Of a DNA stretch of 64,000 nucleotides, positions 47,624-57,342 are shown piece after piece (the stretch's first letter is position 1; every line of letters begins with the position of its first letter). The translations under genes were made by a program, and so were the position numbers. The notes under the pieces were generated by a model. The model saw nothing but the letters and a program-made list of their open reading frames with translations. It did not search any database and had not been told where the DNA came from. This DNA comes from Dehalococcoidia bacterium (GTDB lineage: Bacteria > Chloroflexota > Dehalococcoidia > Lucifugimonadales > CAJWER01): the NCBI GenBank assembly GCA_965209165.1, contig CBDBQI010000005.1, positions 491,440-555,439 on the forward strand, read 5' to 3'.

Positions 47624-48016
47624 CTATCGGCACTTCTTGAACCGTCTCCCGGAACACTCGCCGACATTCGCGACGAATCCGGCAGCTCCTTCGACAACTT
47701 CACCCGCACCTTCATCAACCAGCTTCGCAGCCTTGCCGACTCCGGTGACGGGCGGTCCGGATTCTCCGCACTTCCCCTCGCTCTTCACGTCGCATTCCAC
47801 GACATCGACCGCGACCTCCCCGTCGACCGCCCTCCCGATCCCTTCCACGCGCTCCGCGACGCGTCCCGCCGATCCGGTCTCCCCGATTCCGCTCTTCGTC
47901 TCCTCGGAGGCGGCATGGCCGCATCCGTGCAGCAGGGCCAGGCAGAGAGTCAGCCGAGCCGGCACGCTCGATGTGAAGCGGCCGCGTGCCGGAGAAAGCC
48001 TCGACGCAACTCTCAC
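47624..48016 (-). CDS. Hypothetical small Cys-containing secreted protein (uncertain)
   Basis: 130 aa ORF with a signal-like N-terminus (LTLCLALLHGCG). Gly/Val/Glu-rich. Could be a GC-bias artefact. Confidence 0.2.
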   Translation of the reverse strand: MRVASRLSPARGRFTSSVPARLTLCLALLHGCGHAASEETKSGIGETGSAGRVAERVEGIGRAVDGEVAVDVVECDVKSEGKCGESGPPVTGVGKAAKLVDEGAGEVVEGAAGFVANVGECSGRRFKKCR

Positions 48017-49128
48017 TACGCCCCCGCCCTGTCCTCACCGGAGAGCAGCACCGCGGCGGTGTCCGACCATGTCAGCCATACATCCTGACCCGCGCCGCTG
48101 ATCCGCTCGAGGGACTTCGCGAGATTCGGCAGCGCCACCGAGACCGGCTCGTCCCGGTCCTCCAGGTAGACGTAGAAGTGGCTGCGGTCCCCGAGATACG
48201 CGGAGGGCCCCATGCGGCCCTTCACGGCGTTCTCGGTCGCTCCGGCATCGTCGAACGCGAGCTGGAACTTCTCCGGGCGAATGCCCAGCACGAAGCCGCC
48301 GCCGACCGCCGCGGGAGGCGTCTCGCAGGCGGCGCGCACGCGGCCGAGCTCCGCCGACTCGGCCGATGCCATCCCGTTCCCGAACCCGCTCAGGGTGCAG
48401 TCGAAGAAGTTCATGGTGCCGATGAAGTCCGCGACGAAACGCGACCCGGGCGTCTCGTAGAGCTCTCCCGGCGTCGAGATCTCCAGCACGTCGCCCTGGG
48501 CCATGACCGCGATGCGGTCCGACAGGGTCAGCGCCTCCTCCTGGTCATGGGTGACGAACACGAAGGTGATTCCCACCTGCTGCTGGAGCTGGCGCAGCTC
48601 GATCTGCATCTGCTCCCGCAGCTTCTTGTCGAGCGCTCCCAAGGGTTCATCCAGCAGCAGCACCCTGGGTTGCTTGATGAGCGCCCTGGCCAGCGCGACT
48701 CGCTGGCGCTGGCCGCCGGACAGCTCCATCGCGGTGCGCTCTCCGTAGCCGGGCAGCCGGATCAGCTCCAGCATCTCCTCGATACGCTCCGCGAGCTCGT
48801 GCTTCGAGAGCCCGGACTTCCGCATGCCGAACGCGATGTTCGAGGCGACGTTCAGGTGCGGGAAGATCGCGTAGTTCTGGAACACCATGTTGACCGGGCG
48901 GTGGTTCGGCGGGACCAGCGTGACGTCCCTGCCATCGATGTGGATGCTTCCCCGCGTCGGCACCTCGAAGCCGGCGAGCATCCGCAGCAGCGTCGTCTTC
49001 CCACAGCCCGAGGGCCCCAGAAGCGAGAAGAACTCTCCCTGCTCGATCTCGAAGTTCGCGTCGTTGACGGCGCGAACCGCTCCGAAGTCCTTGAATACGT
49101 GACTGATGGTGATGATTGGAGCCGGCAT
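48016..49128 (-). CDS. potA: Spermidine/putrescine ABC transporter ATP-binding protein (PotA/PotG-like)
   Basis: Start at MPAPIITISHVFKDFG. LLGPSGCGKTT Walker A, LSGGQRQR signature, LLLDEPLGALD Walker B, C-terminal TOBE-like domain. Confidence 0.85.
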   Translation of the reverse strand: MPAPIITISHVFKDFGAVRAVNDANFEIEQGEFFSLLGPSGCGKTTLLRMLAGFEVPTRGSIHIDGRDVTLVPPNHRPVNMVFQNYAIFPHLNVASNIAFGMRKSGLSKHELAERIEEMLELIRLPGYGERTAMELSGGQRQRVALARALIKQPRVLLLDEPLGALDKKLREQMQIELRQLQQQVGITFVFVTHDQEEALTLSDRIAVMAQGDVLEISTPGELYETPGSRFVADFIGTMNFFDCTLSGFGNGMASAESAELGRVRAACETPPAAVGGGFVLGIRPEKFQLAFDDAGATENAVKGRMGPSAYLGDRSHFYVYLEDRDEPVSVALPNLAKSLERISGAGQDVWLTWSDTAAVLLSGEDRAGA

Positions 49129-49156
49129 CTTCTCGGACCCCTTCTCGAATCCTGGC

Positions 49157-50035
49157 TCAAATCCTGGTCGTCGTGAGCTGCACGCCGCTTCGCCGGATGA
49201 ACTCCGCGGTGAAGACCACGACCGTGGACGCCACGACGACGATCGCTCCGAGCGACAGCACCGAGGGCAGCCGTTCCGGAAAGCGGAGCTGGCTCCAGAT
49301 GTGCACCGGCAGCGTCGCATCGGTGCCGCAGAGGAAGAACGCCAGCACGAACTCGTCGAACGAGATGGTGAAGGTCAGCAGCAGGCTCGCCACGACTCCG
49401 GGCAGGATGATGGGAAAGGTCACCCGCCAAAAGGTGCCCCAGGCGTTTTCTCCGAGATCCCGCGCCGCTTCCTCCATGCTCGAGTCGAATCCCTCCATCC
49501 GCGAGATCAGCACCAGCATCGAGAACGGAACGCACAGCAGGAGATGGCCGATGCCGACGGTGACGAGCGAGAGACCCACGCCGCCCAGGCTGAAGGTGAT
49601 GAGGAGGGAGATGCCCAGGATGATCTCCGGGATCACGAGCGGCACCATGATGAACCCGATGAGCCCCCCGCGCCCCCGCATGCGGTAGCGGGTCACCGCC
49701 TTGGCGGCGAAGACCCCGAGGACGGTGCTGAGGATCGACACGCTCACCGCGACCTTCACGCTGTTCCAGAACCCGTTCAGCAGCCCCTGGTTGTCCGCGA
49801 GCGCATAGTACCACTTGAACGTGAATCCCTTCAGCGGAAAGGTGACGTACTGCGAGTCGTTGAACGAGAAGACCGGCAGCACCGCCACCGGCAGGTACAG
49901 GAACACGAGGTAGGCCACCGCATACACTCCGAGACCGTTCAGCCTCGGGCGCCCTGCGCGGCGAACCACCTCGTCGTCGCGAGCGTCGGCCGCGTGCGCT
50001 CCAATACCGTTCAGCCCTGCGCGCCGGTCGGCCAC
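49157..50035 (-). CDS. potC: Polyamine ABC transporter permease (PotC/PotI-like)
   Basis: EAARDLGE motif of the BPD_transp_1 family. 6-TM permease. Confidence 0.8.
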   Translation of the reverse strand: MADRRAGLNGIGAHAADARDDEVVRRAGRPRLNGLGVYAVAYLVFLYLPVAVLPVFSFNDSQYVTFPLKGFTFKWYYALADNQGLLNGFWNSVKVAVSVSILSTVLGVFAAKAVTRYRMRGRGGLIGFIMVPLVIPEIILGISLLITFSLGGVGLSLVTVGIGHLLLCVPFSMLVLISRMEGFDSSMEEAARDLGENAWGTFWRVTFPIILPGVVASLLLTFTISFDEFVLAFFLCGTDATLPVHIWSQLRFPERLPSVLSLGAIVVVASTVVVFTAEFIRRSGVQLTTTRI

Positions 50036-50038
50036 GAC

Positions 50039-50902
50039 CTATCCCACCTTCTTCCGGTACCAGCGGGTGGCGCCGAGCAGCGCGCACACCGCCAGGGTCA
50101 CGGCCAGCATGGAGATGATCGACAGCGCCGCCCCGAGCGGCCAGTTGAGCGCCTTGCCGAACATGGACTGGATGATGTTGCCGATCATGATCCCGCGCGT
50201 CCCCCCCACGAGCGCCGGCGTCACGTAGTCCCCGACGGTGGGGATGAACACCAGCAGGCTCGCGGCGATCACCCCGGGGAGCGACAGCGGCAGGGTGACG
50301 CGAACGAAGGTCATGAAGGCGCTCTCGCCGAGGTCGCGCGCGGCCTCGATGAGGGAGCGGTCGATCTTCTCCAGGGACACGTAGATGGGCAGGATGGCCA
50401 CCGCCGCCCAGGCGTGCGCCAGCGTGATCACCACCGCCGTCGGGTTGTAGAGCAGGAATTCGAGCGGACCGGAGATGACCCCCAGGGACATGAGGCCGGA
50501 ATTGACGACGCCGTTGTAGCCGAGGATCACCTTCCACGCGAAGACGCGGAGCAGGTAGCTGGTCCAGAAGGGAATGGTGACCAGGATGATCCACATCATC
50601 TTGTTCTTCTTGACGTGGAAGGCGATGTAGTACGCGAGCGGATAGGCCAGCACGATGGTGACCAGCGTCACCAGGGCCGAGATCCGTATGGAGCGGTAGA
50701 GGATGAGGTAGTAGATCTTCTTCTCGAAGAACGCGGCGTAGTTCTCCGTGGTGAAGGTCCTGATGATGTCGACGTATTCCTGCTTCCAGAAGCTCATGGT
50801 GGTGAGGATGAGCAGGGGGAAGAGCAAACCGAGCACGACCACCACCAGGGCCGGCGACAGCAGCGCATAACCTCTCGCCGTCTCGCTCCTCATGAACCAC
50901 AT
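50039..50902 (-). CDS. potB: Polyamine ABC transporter permease (PotB/PotH-like)
   Basis: EAARDLGES motif. 6-TM permease. Start chosen at an internal Met (MWFMRSE / MRSETARGYALLS). Confidence 0.8.
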   Translation of the reverse strand: MWFMRSETARGYALLSPALVVVVLGLLFPLLILTTMSFWKQEYVDIIRTFTTENYAAFFEKKIYYLILYRSIRISALVTLVTIVLAYPLAYYIAFHVKKNKMMWIILVTIPFWTSYLLRVFAWKVILGYNGVVNSGLMSLGVISGPLEFLLYNPTAVVITLAHAWAAVAILPIYVSLEKIDRSLIEAARDLGESAFMTFVRVTLPLSLPGVIAASLLVFIPTVGDYVTPALVGGTRGIMIGNIIQSMFGKALNWPLGAALSIISMLAVTLAVCALLGATRWYRKKVG

Positions 50903-51235
50903 CCGCACCCGCCGGCGCGTGCTGCGGTCGGATGCGGTCCGCGGAGCGTTCATGATCGGTTCATCGTCGACGGCGTTGCGGCGGAATGACTTCGCGCGTG
51001 GACCCGGTGCCGGCACCGTATCGGAGCGTTCGGGTCGCTACGCAACGGATGGCGATGGAATCCGGGTGGACCGCCGGGTGTCCGGGGTCCGTGGCGACGG
51101 ACGACCTCCTGCACGCCTTCCGCACGAGAGGGCGCCGGACTTCGCCGATATGGACGCCGCCGGGGCATCCAGCGCGCGCTGGATGCCCCGGAACCGGCTG
51201 AAGCACTCGACACCCGCAAGCGTCGATCGAGGTCC

Positions 51236-52369
51236 CTACAACCCCGCCTTGACCTCTTCGAACATCTCCTGCAGATCCGCCTCGTTGCCGATCGGCTCCT
51301 GGAAGATGCCCGCGCTCAGTATCTCCTCGGGATTGCTGGACAGGCCGCGCTCCTTGAGATACTGCTCGGGGACGAGCTCGTAGGAGTGCATGTTCGAGTG
51401 GCCGTAGCCCTCGTCCAGGATGGACAGCACGCCGGAGTCCGGGCTCAGGAACGCGTCGATGGCGTCGTAGCTCTTCTCGAGCTTCGCCGGGTCGGCGGCG
51501 GACATGAGGCAGAACCCGCACACCCACGTCATGGCACCTTCCTTGGGGGTCATGTACTTGACGTTCACGCCCTCGAGCTTCAAAGCGGTGAAAGCGTCGT
51601 TCCACGAGCTGGTCGCGACCAGCTCGCCCGCCGCCATCGAGTTCTCCAGATCGGTGGGGCTGGTCCACCAGTAGCGCAGCAGCGGAAGCTGCTTGCGAAG
51701 CAGCTCGCGCGTGACCTCGACCTCCTCGGGCGTCATGTTGAAGGGGTCCTTCGCACCGCCGTAGATCGCCGCCACCATCACGCCGTCGATGAGGCTGTCC
51801 GACATCGACAGCCGCCCCTTGTAGCGCTCGTCCCACAGGATCCCCCAGGTCTCCTCTTCCTGGTACTTCGGATCGACGAGGTCGGGACGATAGAGCACGG
51901 ACGTGAGACCCCAGTCCGCCGGGACGAACCACACGCCGTCGTTCGTGGTCATGCCCGGGATTTCCTTGAGGCTCGGGATAATCTCGTCCCAGTGGCTCAG
52001 CCGGCTCGTGTCGATCGGCTGCAGGATCCCGGCGTCGCGCCAGATCTCGACCTTGTAGGAGCAGGGGTGGGTCACGTCGAACTGGGCGCCGGCCTTGATC
52101 TTCGCGAACGCCTCCTCCTCGTCCCCGAAGATGGAGAAGTTGGGATACTCGCCGTACTTGTTGTGGTATTCGAAGTGGTGCGCCGGCGCATCCCATCCCT
52201 CCCAGGTGAAGATGTTGGGATGGTCTGCGGCCGCCGCCCGCGCGGAACGCGGCAGCATCGGAAGCGTCACCGCCGCGACGCCGAGGGACGCCAGGTAGGA
52301 CTGGAATCTCCGCCGCGACACCCTGCCGGTCGCCAGCATGTCGATCAGGTCGTCTTTCTTGTATTCCAT
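51236..52369 (-). CDS. potD: Polyamine ABC transporter periplasmic substrate-binding protein (PotD/PotF-like) with Tat-type signal
   Basis: GGAGGA ribosome-binding site. MEYKKDDLIDMLATGRVSRRRFQSYLASLG twin-arginine signal. PotD/F-like fold. Confidence 0.8.
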   Translation of the reverse strand: MEYKKDDLIDMLATGRVSRRRFQSYLASLGVAAVTLPMLPRSARAAAADHPNIFTWEGWDAPAHHFEYHNKYGEYPNFSIFGDEEEAFAKIKAGAQFDVTHPCSYKVEIWRDAGILQPIDTSRLSHWDEIIPSLKEIPGMTTNDGVWFVPADWGLTSVLYRPDLVDPKYQEEETWGILWDERYKGRLSMSDSLIDGVMVAAIYGGAKDPFNMTPEEVEVTRELLRKQLPLLRYWWTSPTDLENSMAAGELVATSSWNDAFTALKLEGVNVKYMTPKEGAMTWVCGFCLMSAADPAKLEKSYDAIDAFLSPDSGVLSILDEGYGHSNMHSYELVPEQYLKERGLSSNPEEILSAGIFQEPIGNEADLQEMFEEVKAGL

Positions 52370-52544
52370 CGTGCTTTTCCTCCGGGAACATTTGGTGGGC
52401 GCGGCCTGCTTGACCTTATGGCCCGTCATCCCCGGGTTGTCAAGCAACGCCCTCCAGAACGGCAGGACCATTTATCTACCTTCGGCAGATGACAAAAGCG
52501 CTATTCACGCCATGGGGGTAAGGTGCAGAACGAGGCGCCGGTTA

Positions 52545-52690
52545 TCCAAAATCGTGGGTTCCCGCCTTCGCGGGAATGACGGCAAGAGTGCCAGTCACGT
52601 CATTCCCGCGGAGCCTGTCCCCGCGACCGCGGGGAGCGGGAATGAGAGTCCGCACGGCGTCGCCGCAACACCCCCTGCCGTCATTCCCGG
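52545..52690. repeat. Cluster of nested palindromic REP-like hairpins (gcgggaatga...tcattcccgc units), including an uninterrupted copy of the group II intron target site
   Basis: Plus strand 52558-52590 reads gggttcccgccttcgcgggaatgacggcaag. cgcgggaatgac/gtcattcccgcg is a 12-bp stem at 52569-52610. tccccgcgaccgcgggga is a hairpin. cgggaatgacggcaag (52571) pairs with ctgccgtcattcccgg (52672). Confidence 0.6.
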
Positions 52691-54726
52691 TCGAGTAGCC
52701 CCGGGCGATTGCTCGCCCGAGGCCCTCACCAGAACCGGACAAGGAGATTGCCACCATCCGGCTCCTCCGCTGATGTGCCTCGTGGCTACACTGCCCATAT
52801 CTGCACGACCACCCGCGGACAGGGCAGCGGGAAGCGGGCCAGCAGCCTCTTGTACCGCTCCCACGTGAGACGGGTTCGTTGACTGCGACGGCGCAGCCAT
52901 TTCAGCCATATCCGTTGCGTGGCTCGCACCACGCGGGCGAGGCTGTGGTAGTTGCCGTTCACCCCGAAGTAGTTGAAGTGCCCGACCAACCGTCTCGTGA
53001 GCGCCGCGTGCTGGACCTGCACCGGAAGGTGCCGGTGGCGCCGGCACCACTCCGAGACCGCTCCAACGAACCGTCTCAGGCCCTTGCTGCGCGTCTTGCA
53101 TCCCATCTGCCAGTGCCCGCGCCGCGTGCGGCGCCAGTACAGCGTGAACCCCAGGAACTCGAACGTGCCCGGTCCCTTCCCGTCGCGCTGCCCCGCTGCG
53201 GGACGTTCGAACGCAATGAGTCGGGTCTTCTCCGGGTGCAGCCTCAGTCCGAACCGCTCCATCCGCTTGGGGAGCACGTCCATCACCCGCTGCGCGTCCT
53301 CGCGCCGCTCCAATCCGATGACAAAGTCGTCGCAGTAGCGCACCAGCACCGCCTCGCCCCCAAGGCGCGGCTTCACCTCGCGCTCGAACCACACGTCCAG
53401 TGTGTAGTGCAGGTACACGTTCCCCAGCAGCGGCGAGAGTCCCGACCCCTGCGCAGTCCCCCGCTCGGGCTCTGTCCTCTGCTCACCGTCCAGCACCCCG
53501 ACGCGCAGACACTTCCCGACCAGCCGCCGCAGCGACCCGTCGGCCACCCGAATCCGGAGCATCTCCTGGAGCTTGGTGCGATCCAAGCTGTCGAAGAAGG
53601 ACTCAATGTCGGCCTCCAGAATCCAGCTCACCTTGCCCTGGTACACCGCGCGGTTCAGCGCACGTATCGCATCGTGGGCACCGCGTCCGGGCCGAAAGCC
53701 ATACGAGCACTCCACAAAGTCCTGCTCGTACACCGCCTCCAGCACCTCGCGCACCGCCCCCTGGACCACCTTGTCCTCCACCGCCGATATCCCTATCGGC
53801 CGCGTCCGCCCGCCTCCCTTGGGGATGTGCACGCGCCGCAGCGGCTGATGCCGGTACCGCTTCGTCTTCAGCCGCCCGTGCAGGTCCTCAAGATTCGCCT
53901 CAAGTGCCTGCCCGTACTGCGCCTTGCTCACCCCATCTACCCCCACCGCCGCGTCCGCGCGCAGGCGATGAAAGGCGCGCTCCAGCGCCGGCACATCCAT
54001 CAGGTGCGCCAGTGAGTGGAACCGTCCTTCGGGCTCCCTTCGCGCTCGCTCCACTACCCTGAGCAGTGACGTTGACATGGCCCCCTCCGTCAATGCGTCG
54101 GTCATGTTTCTCCCCTCTCAGGCTCACATCAGCACGGGCCGCCTTTGCTCGGCCGGGTCCGCACGCCACCGCGTTCCCCGACGTCAACGCTCCTATGCAG
54201 CCCTCCGACTCCCTCGTCCCCCTCGGCCGCCGCTCCGGTCGACCCTCGCCAACGGCCTACCTCGGTGCGGAGACTCTTTCTTTCCCGTCGCGTCGGTGTC
54301 CCCGCCACCCAGACGCCACGCCGGAGACTTTTCTACCCCGGCTCCCCACTCGCCGGCTCTGTCCCGAGGAGAGACAAGGGCCTCCCAGGTGCCTGGGCCA
54401 TCCTCTTCGTGCGTGCCGTGCTCTTCGACCCCGCCGGGTGCGACGCGCCCCTCGCCCCGCTACCGGTGCGCCCGCTGTTGCCTTCAGGTCCTCCGAGACC
54501 CTCAGCACCCGGAATGCATTCAATTTCGGGGCTCTACCACTCACGGCCCACTCGCTCGCGTGCCTACGCTTCGCCCAATCCGTTACCGTCTCCGGCGCAA
54601 GGCTCGCTACCGGCCGGGCGGGCTCACCCCTGGCCGGGCGGGTTTCGCACCCGCTGGATGACGAACAAGGTTTCATGGTGTCATCGCATACGCCAATCCT
54701 CCTCGACCAGCCTTGCCTGGTCGCAC
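52690..54726 (-). mobile_element. Bacterial group II intron (~2.04 kb) with intron-encoded RT/maturase. 5' GUGCGAC at 54726, domains V and VI readable at 52764-52696.
   Basis: Minus strand begins GTGCGACCAGGCAAGG. Domain V is GAGCCGGATGGTGGCAATCTCCTTGTCCGGTTCT (52764-52731) with an AGC triad and a GC-rich stem. Domain VI is GGGCCTCGGGCGAGCAATCGCCCGGGGCTACTCGAC with a bulged A, ending ...GAC at ~52690. IEP ORF inside. Confidence 0.8.
52786..54105 (-). CDS. Group II intron reverse transcriptase/maturase (RT plus X/thumb, no endonuclease domain)
   Basis: RT motifs including YCDDFVIG (the YADD box). The C-terminal maturase region has no HNH/En domain. The start may be Met10 (MSTSLLRVV). Confidence 0.85.
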   Translation of the reverse strand: MTDALTEGAMSTSLLRVVERARREPEGRFHSLAHLMDVPALERAFHRLRADAAVGVDGVSKAQYGQALEANLEDLHGRLKTKRYRHQPLRRVHIPKGGGRTRPIGISAVEDKVVQGAVREVLEAVYEQDFVECSYGFRPGRGAHDAIRALNRAVYQGKVSWILEADIESFFDSLDRTKLQEMLRIRVADGSLRRLVGKCLRVGVLDGEQRTEPERGTAQGSGLSPLLGNVYLHYTLDVWFEREVKPRLGGEAVLVRYCDDFVIGLERREDAQRVMDVLPKRMERFGLRLHPEKTRLIAFERPAAGQRDGKGPGTFEFLGFTLYWRRTRRGHWQMGCKTRSKGLRRFVGAVSEWCRRHRHLPVQVQHAALTRRLVGHFNYFGVNGNYHSLARVVRATQRIWLKWLRRRSQRTRLTWERYKRLLARFPLPCPRVVVQIWAV

Positions 54727-54858
54727 CGAAGGCGGGAATCCATTGCTTTTCGGACCAGATTTCCTTCGCAGACTGGTTCACCGAGCACTGACGGGGTTTC
54801 CCGGATCGGGAAGGGACGCCCGGCATGATGCGCGCAATCCCCGTTCCTGCGCGACGCC

Positions 54859-56133
54859 TCAGAGGAGCGATTCGAGCAGCCCGGCGGCCTTCTCCGGACC
54901 GCTCCGGCTCTGCATGTGGGCGGACGTGGCCCGAAGCTTCGAACGCATCGCCGGGTCGCCGAGGCACGACTCGATGGCTTCGAGCAGGTCCTCGTCGGTC
55001 CACTCGTAACGGTCCAGGTGCAGGCCGTGGCCGGTCTCCCGGACACGCGTCGCGTTGTCGTGGCCGTCCCAGACGTAGGGCATGATGATGGCGGGCTTGG
55101 CGAAGTACAGGCACTCGGTAAACGAGTTGTTGCCTCCATGATGGATCACCACGTCCGTCTGCGGAATGACCGAGGGCTGCGGATACCAGCCGTCGATGAC
55201 GACGTTCGGCGGCAGCTCGGAGTAAGCGGCGGCATAGTCGCCCACGTTGACCAGCGCCCGGTATCGCGATTTTCCGACGGCCGCGATGATCCGCTTCAGC
55301 AGCTCGGTATCGCCCGCGCCGAGGCTGCCGAAGGAGACGTACAGCAGGGGACCGTCGTCGTTCGCGTCAAATCGGGGCACCACGTAGGGCGCATCCTTGC
55401 GCACGCATCCCTCCAGGTACTGGAACCGGCGGGGATCGAGCGGCACGGCGCGGGTGAACTTGACCGGCTCCGGATACAGCAGCAGGTTCAGACGGGGCGA
55501 GGCCTCGAAGAACTGCCCGAGCGGGTACGGGTCCTCGCCGCACTCGGCAAGGAAGCGGTTGAAGTCGTCGTGGATGGGCTTGATGACCTCGTTGAAGCGC
55601 TCGCGGAACGCCCGGTGGCAGGTCCGGTCGTGCTCGCCGCAGCCGGACAGGTGCGGCGGAATCGCGTCGTCCTCGATCTCGTTCTCCGAGCACGAGATGA
55701 TCCGCACCCAGGGCTTGCCGAACCGCTTGATGGCCGGAAACAGGACCACGTTGTCGATGCACACGACATCCGGTCGGATCCGGTCCAGCACCCCGGGCAG
55801 GTCCTTCTCCGCCCACTTCGCGCTGTCCACGATCGCCTCCCAGCATTCCTTGACGTAGTTGTCGATCTGATCGATCGGCGCCTTGCGGAAGTTCGGAATG
55901 TGGCCGTTGATGAAGTCCTCCCAGAACTTGGCCATCTGCTCGGGCGGCATGGGCTCGGAGAGGTTCACCGGATGAGCTTCGAATCCGTAGCCCTCGTAGA
56001 CCTCGACGAAGCCCGGATCCGACAGGAACACCGCCTTGTGTCCGCGTGCCTCGATGGCCTGGGCGACGCCGACCGAGTTCAGGGCGGGACCGAACGCGGC
56101 CTCGGGAAAGAATGCAAAGGTCTTCTGCGGCAT
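54859..56133 (-). CDS. GT1-family UDP-glycosyltransferase (MGT/UGT-like)
   Basis: HHGGNNSFTECLYFAKPAIIMPYVWDGHDNATRV matches the UDP-glycosyltransferase signature region. 424 aa. Confidence 0.75.
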   Translation of the reverse strand: MPQKTFAFFPEAAFGPALNSVGVAQAIEARGHKAVFLSDPGFVEVYEGYGFEAHPVNLSEPMPPEQMAKFWEDFINGHIPNFRKAPIDQIDNYVKECWEAIVDSAKWAEKDLPGVLDRIRPDVVCIDNVVLFPAIKRFGKPWVRIISCSENEIEDDAIPPHLSGCGEHDRTCHRAFRERFNEVIKPIHDDFNRFLAECGEDPYPLGQFFEASPRLNLLLYPEPVKFTRAVPLDPRRFQYLEGCVRKDAPYVVPRFDANDDGPLLYVSFGSLGAGDTELLKRIIAAVGKSRYRALVNVGDYAAAYSELPPNVVIDGWYPQPSVIPQTDVVIHHGGNNSFTECLYFAKPAIIMPYVWDGHDNATRVRETGHGLHLDRYEWTDEDLLEAIESCLGDPAMRSKLRATSAHMQSRSGPEKAAGLLESLL

Positions 56134-56363
56134 GACAGTTGTCGTGTTTCAACCCGGGCGCGATATTGCCACGGACCGCGGTGGGCGAGAACCGGACGTA
56201 GCGACGAATGTGCAGCGCGAAGCATCCGGCGCGCCCGCACGGCTCGGTACGGTCGTCGTCGTTCATGCCGATCGTGGGCGCGGCGAGGGTTCTCGGCTCC
56301 GGGACGTCCGGGTTAGGATTGCGGCCGCACTGCTCCGAAGGCTTATGAACGTTCCGAATTCTC

Positions 56364-57149
56364 ATGGCTAGACCCATCGTCGGCATCACCGCGTGCCGGA
56401 GCGACCTCGAGGGCCGCTACCACCATATCGTCCAGGAGAAGTACGTCACCGCGGTGAGCGCGGCGGCGGGAGCGCTCCCGCTCCTCGTCCCCGCTCTCGG
56501 ACGCACCATCGCCGACGACGATCTGCTCGACTCGATCGACGGACTCCTGCTCACGGGCAGTCCGTCGAACGTGCTGCCCCGGCACTACGCGGAGCCGCCC
56601 AGCCGGCCCGGCACCCTGCACGACCCTCACCGGGACGAGACCACCCTGCCGCTAGTGCGCCGCTGCATCGAACGCGCGATGCCTCTGCTGGCGGTATGCC
56701 GGGGCTTCCAGGAGGTGAACGTCGCGTTCGGCGGGACCCTGCACCAGCATGTCCACGAGCTGCACGGGATGCTGGACCACCGAAAGCCCGAGGTGCCCGA
56801 CATCGACGGGCAGTACGCACCGGCACACTCGGTCGCCCTAGTCGCCGGAGGAATGCTGCATCGACTCGTCCGCCAGCGGGAATTCGAGGTCAACTCGCTT
56901 CACTCGCAGGGCGTCGCCCGGCTCGGCGACGGACTCGTAGTCGAGGCGCGGTCGCCGGACGGGCTCGTCGAGGCGATGAGCGTTGAAGGGTGCACGTCCT
57001 TCGCCCTCGCAATCCAGTGGCATCCGGAGTGGAACGCGCTGAAGGATCCCGTCTCGCGCGCGATCTTCGCGGCGTTCGGCGCGGCGTGTCGCGAGTCCGC
57101 CGGACGGCGTGCCGGGCTCGAGGAGACGGTGCGAGCCCGGATCGCGTGA
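56364..57149 (+). CDS. puuD: Gamma-glutamyl-GABA hydrolase PuuD-like / peptidase C26 class I glutamine amidotransferase
   Basis: LLAVCRGFQEVNVAFGGTLHQHVHE contains the Cys nucleophile and His. 261 aa. Confidence 0.75.
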   Translation: MARPIVGITACRSDLEGRYHHIVQEKYVTAVSAAAGALPLLVPALGRTIADDDLLDSIDGLLLTGSPSNVLPRHYAEPPSRPGTLHDPHRDETTLPLVRRCIERAMPLLAVCRGFQEVNVAFGGTLHQHVHELHGMLDHRKPEVPDIDGQYAPAHSVALVAGGMLHRLVRQREFEVNSLHSQGVARLGDGLVVEARSPDGLVEAMSVEGCTSFALAIQWHPEWNALKDPVSRAIFAAFGAACRESAGRRAGLEETVRARIA

Positions 57150-57202
57150 GTCCGCATGTCGACCCGTCGCGAACTGCGGTCCATGCACGGGACGACTGCG
57201 GC

Positions 57203-57318
57203 ATGAGCCACATCGAACTCTGGTGCCGCGAGCACGCGATCACCGAGGTCGAGGCGCTGATGCCCGACATGGCCGGGGTCCCCGCGGCAAGATCATGTTT
57301 CTCCTGCGCAACGTCTGA
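57203..57318 (+). pseudogene. puuA: Remnant of a glutamine synthetase-family gene (gamma-glutamylpolyamine synthetase PuuA/SpuB-like), N-terminal ~40 codons with a frameshift
   Basis: MSHIELWCREHAITEVEALMPDMAGVP then, after a 1-nt frame slip, RGKIMFLLRNV-stop. DM.GV.RGK is the glutamine synthetase N-terminal beta-grasp motif. argA starts 25 nt later, so about 90% of the gene is missing. Confidence 0.5.
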
Positions 57319-57342
57319 CCAGGCAACGCAGGCATCGAGGCA

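Noticed and set aside
53400-54791. Several plus-strand ORFs (220-241 aa) inside the group II intron
   Set aside because: Antisense to the intron RT/maturase and the intron RNA domains. Pro/Ala/Arg-rich noise.
21618-54810. Short TTCCYGC-N4-GCRGGAA hairpins and a ggtttcccgatc motif shared between the left half (21618-21660, 27333) and the intron target region (52560, 54727, 54790)
   Set aside because: The matches are 7-12 nt in GC-rich DNA and could be chance. They are not strong enough to argue that both halves share one repeat family, so not used as evidence against the chimera hypothesis.
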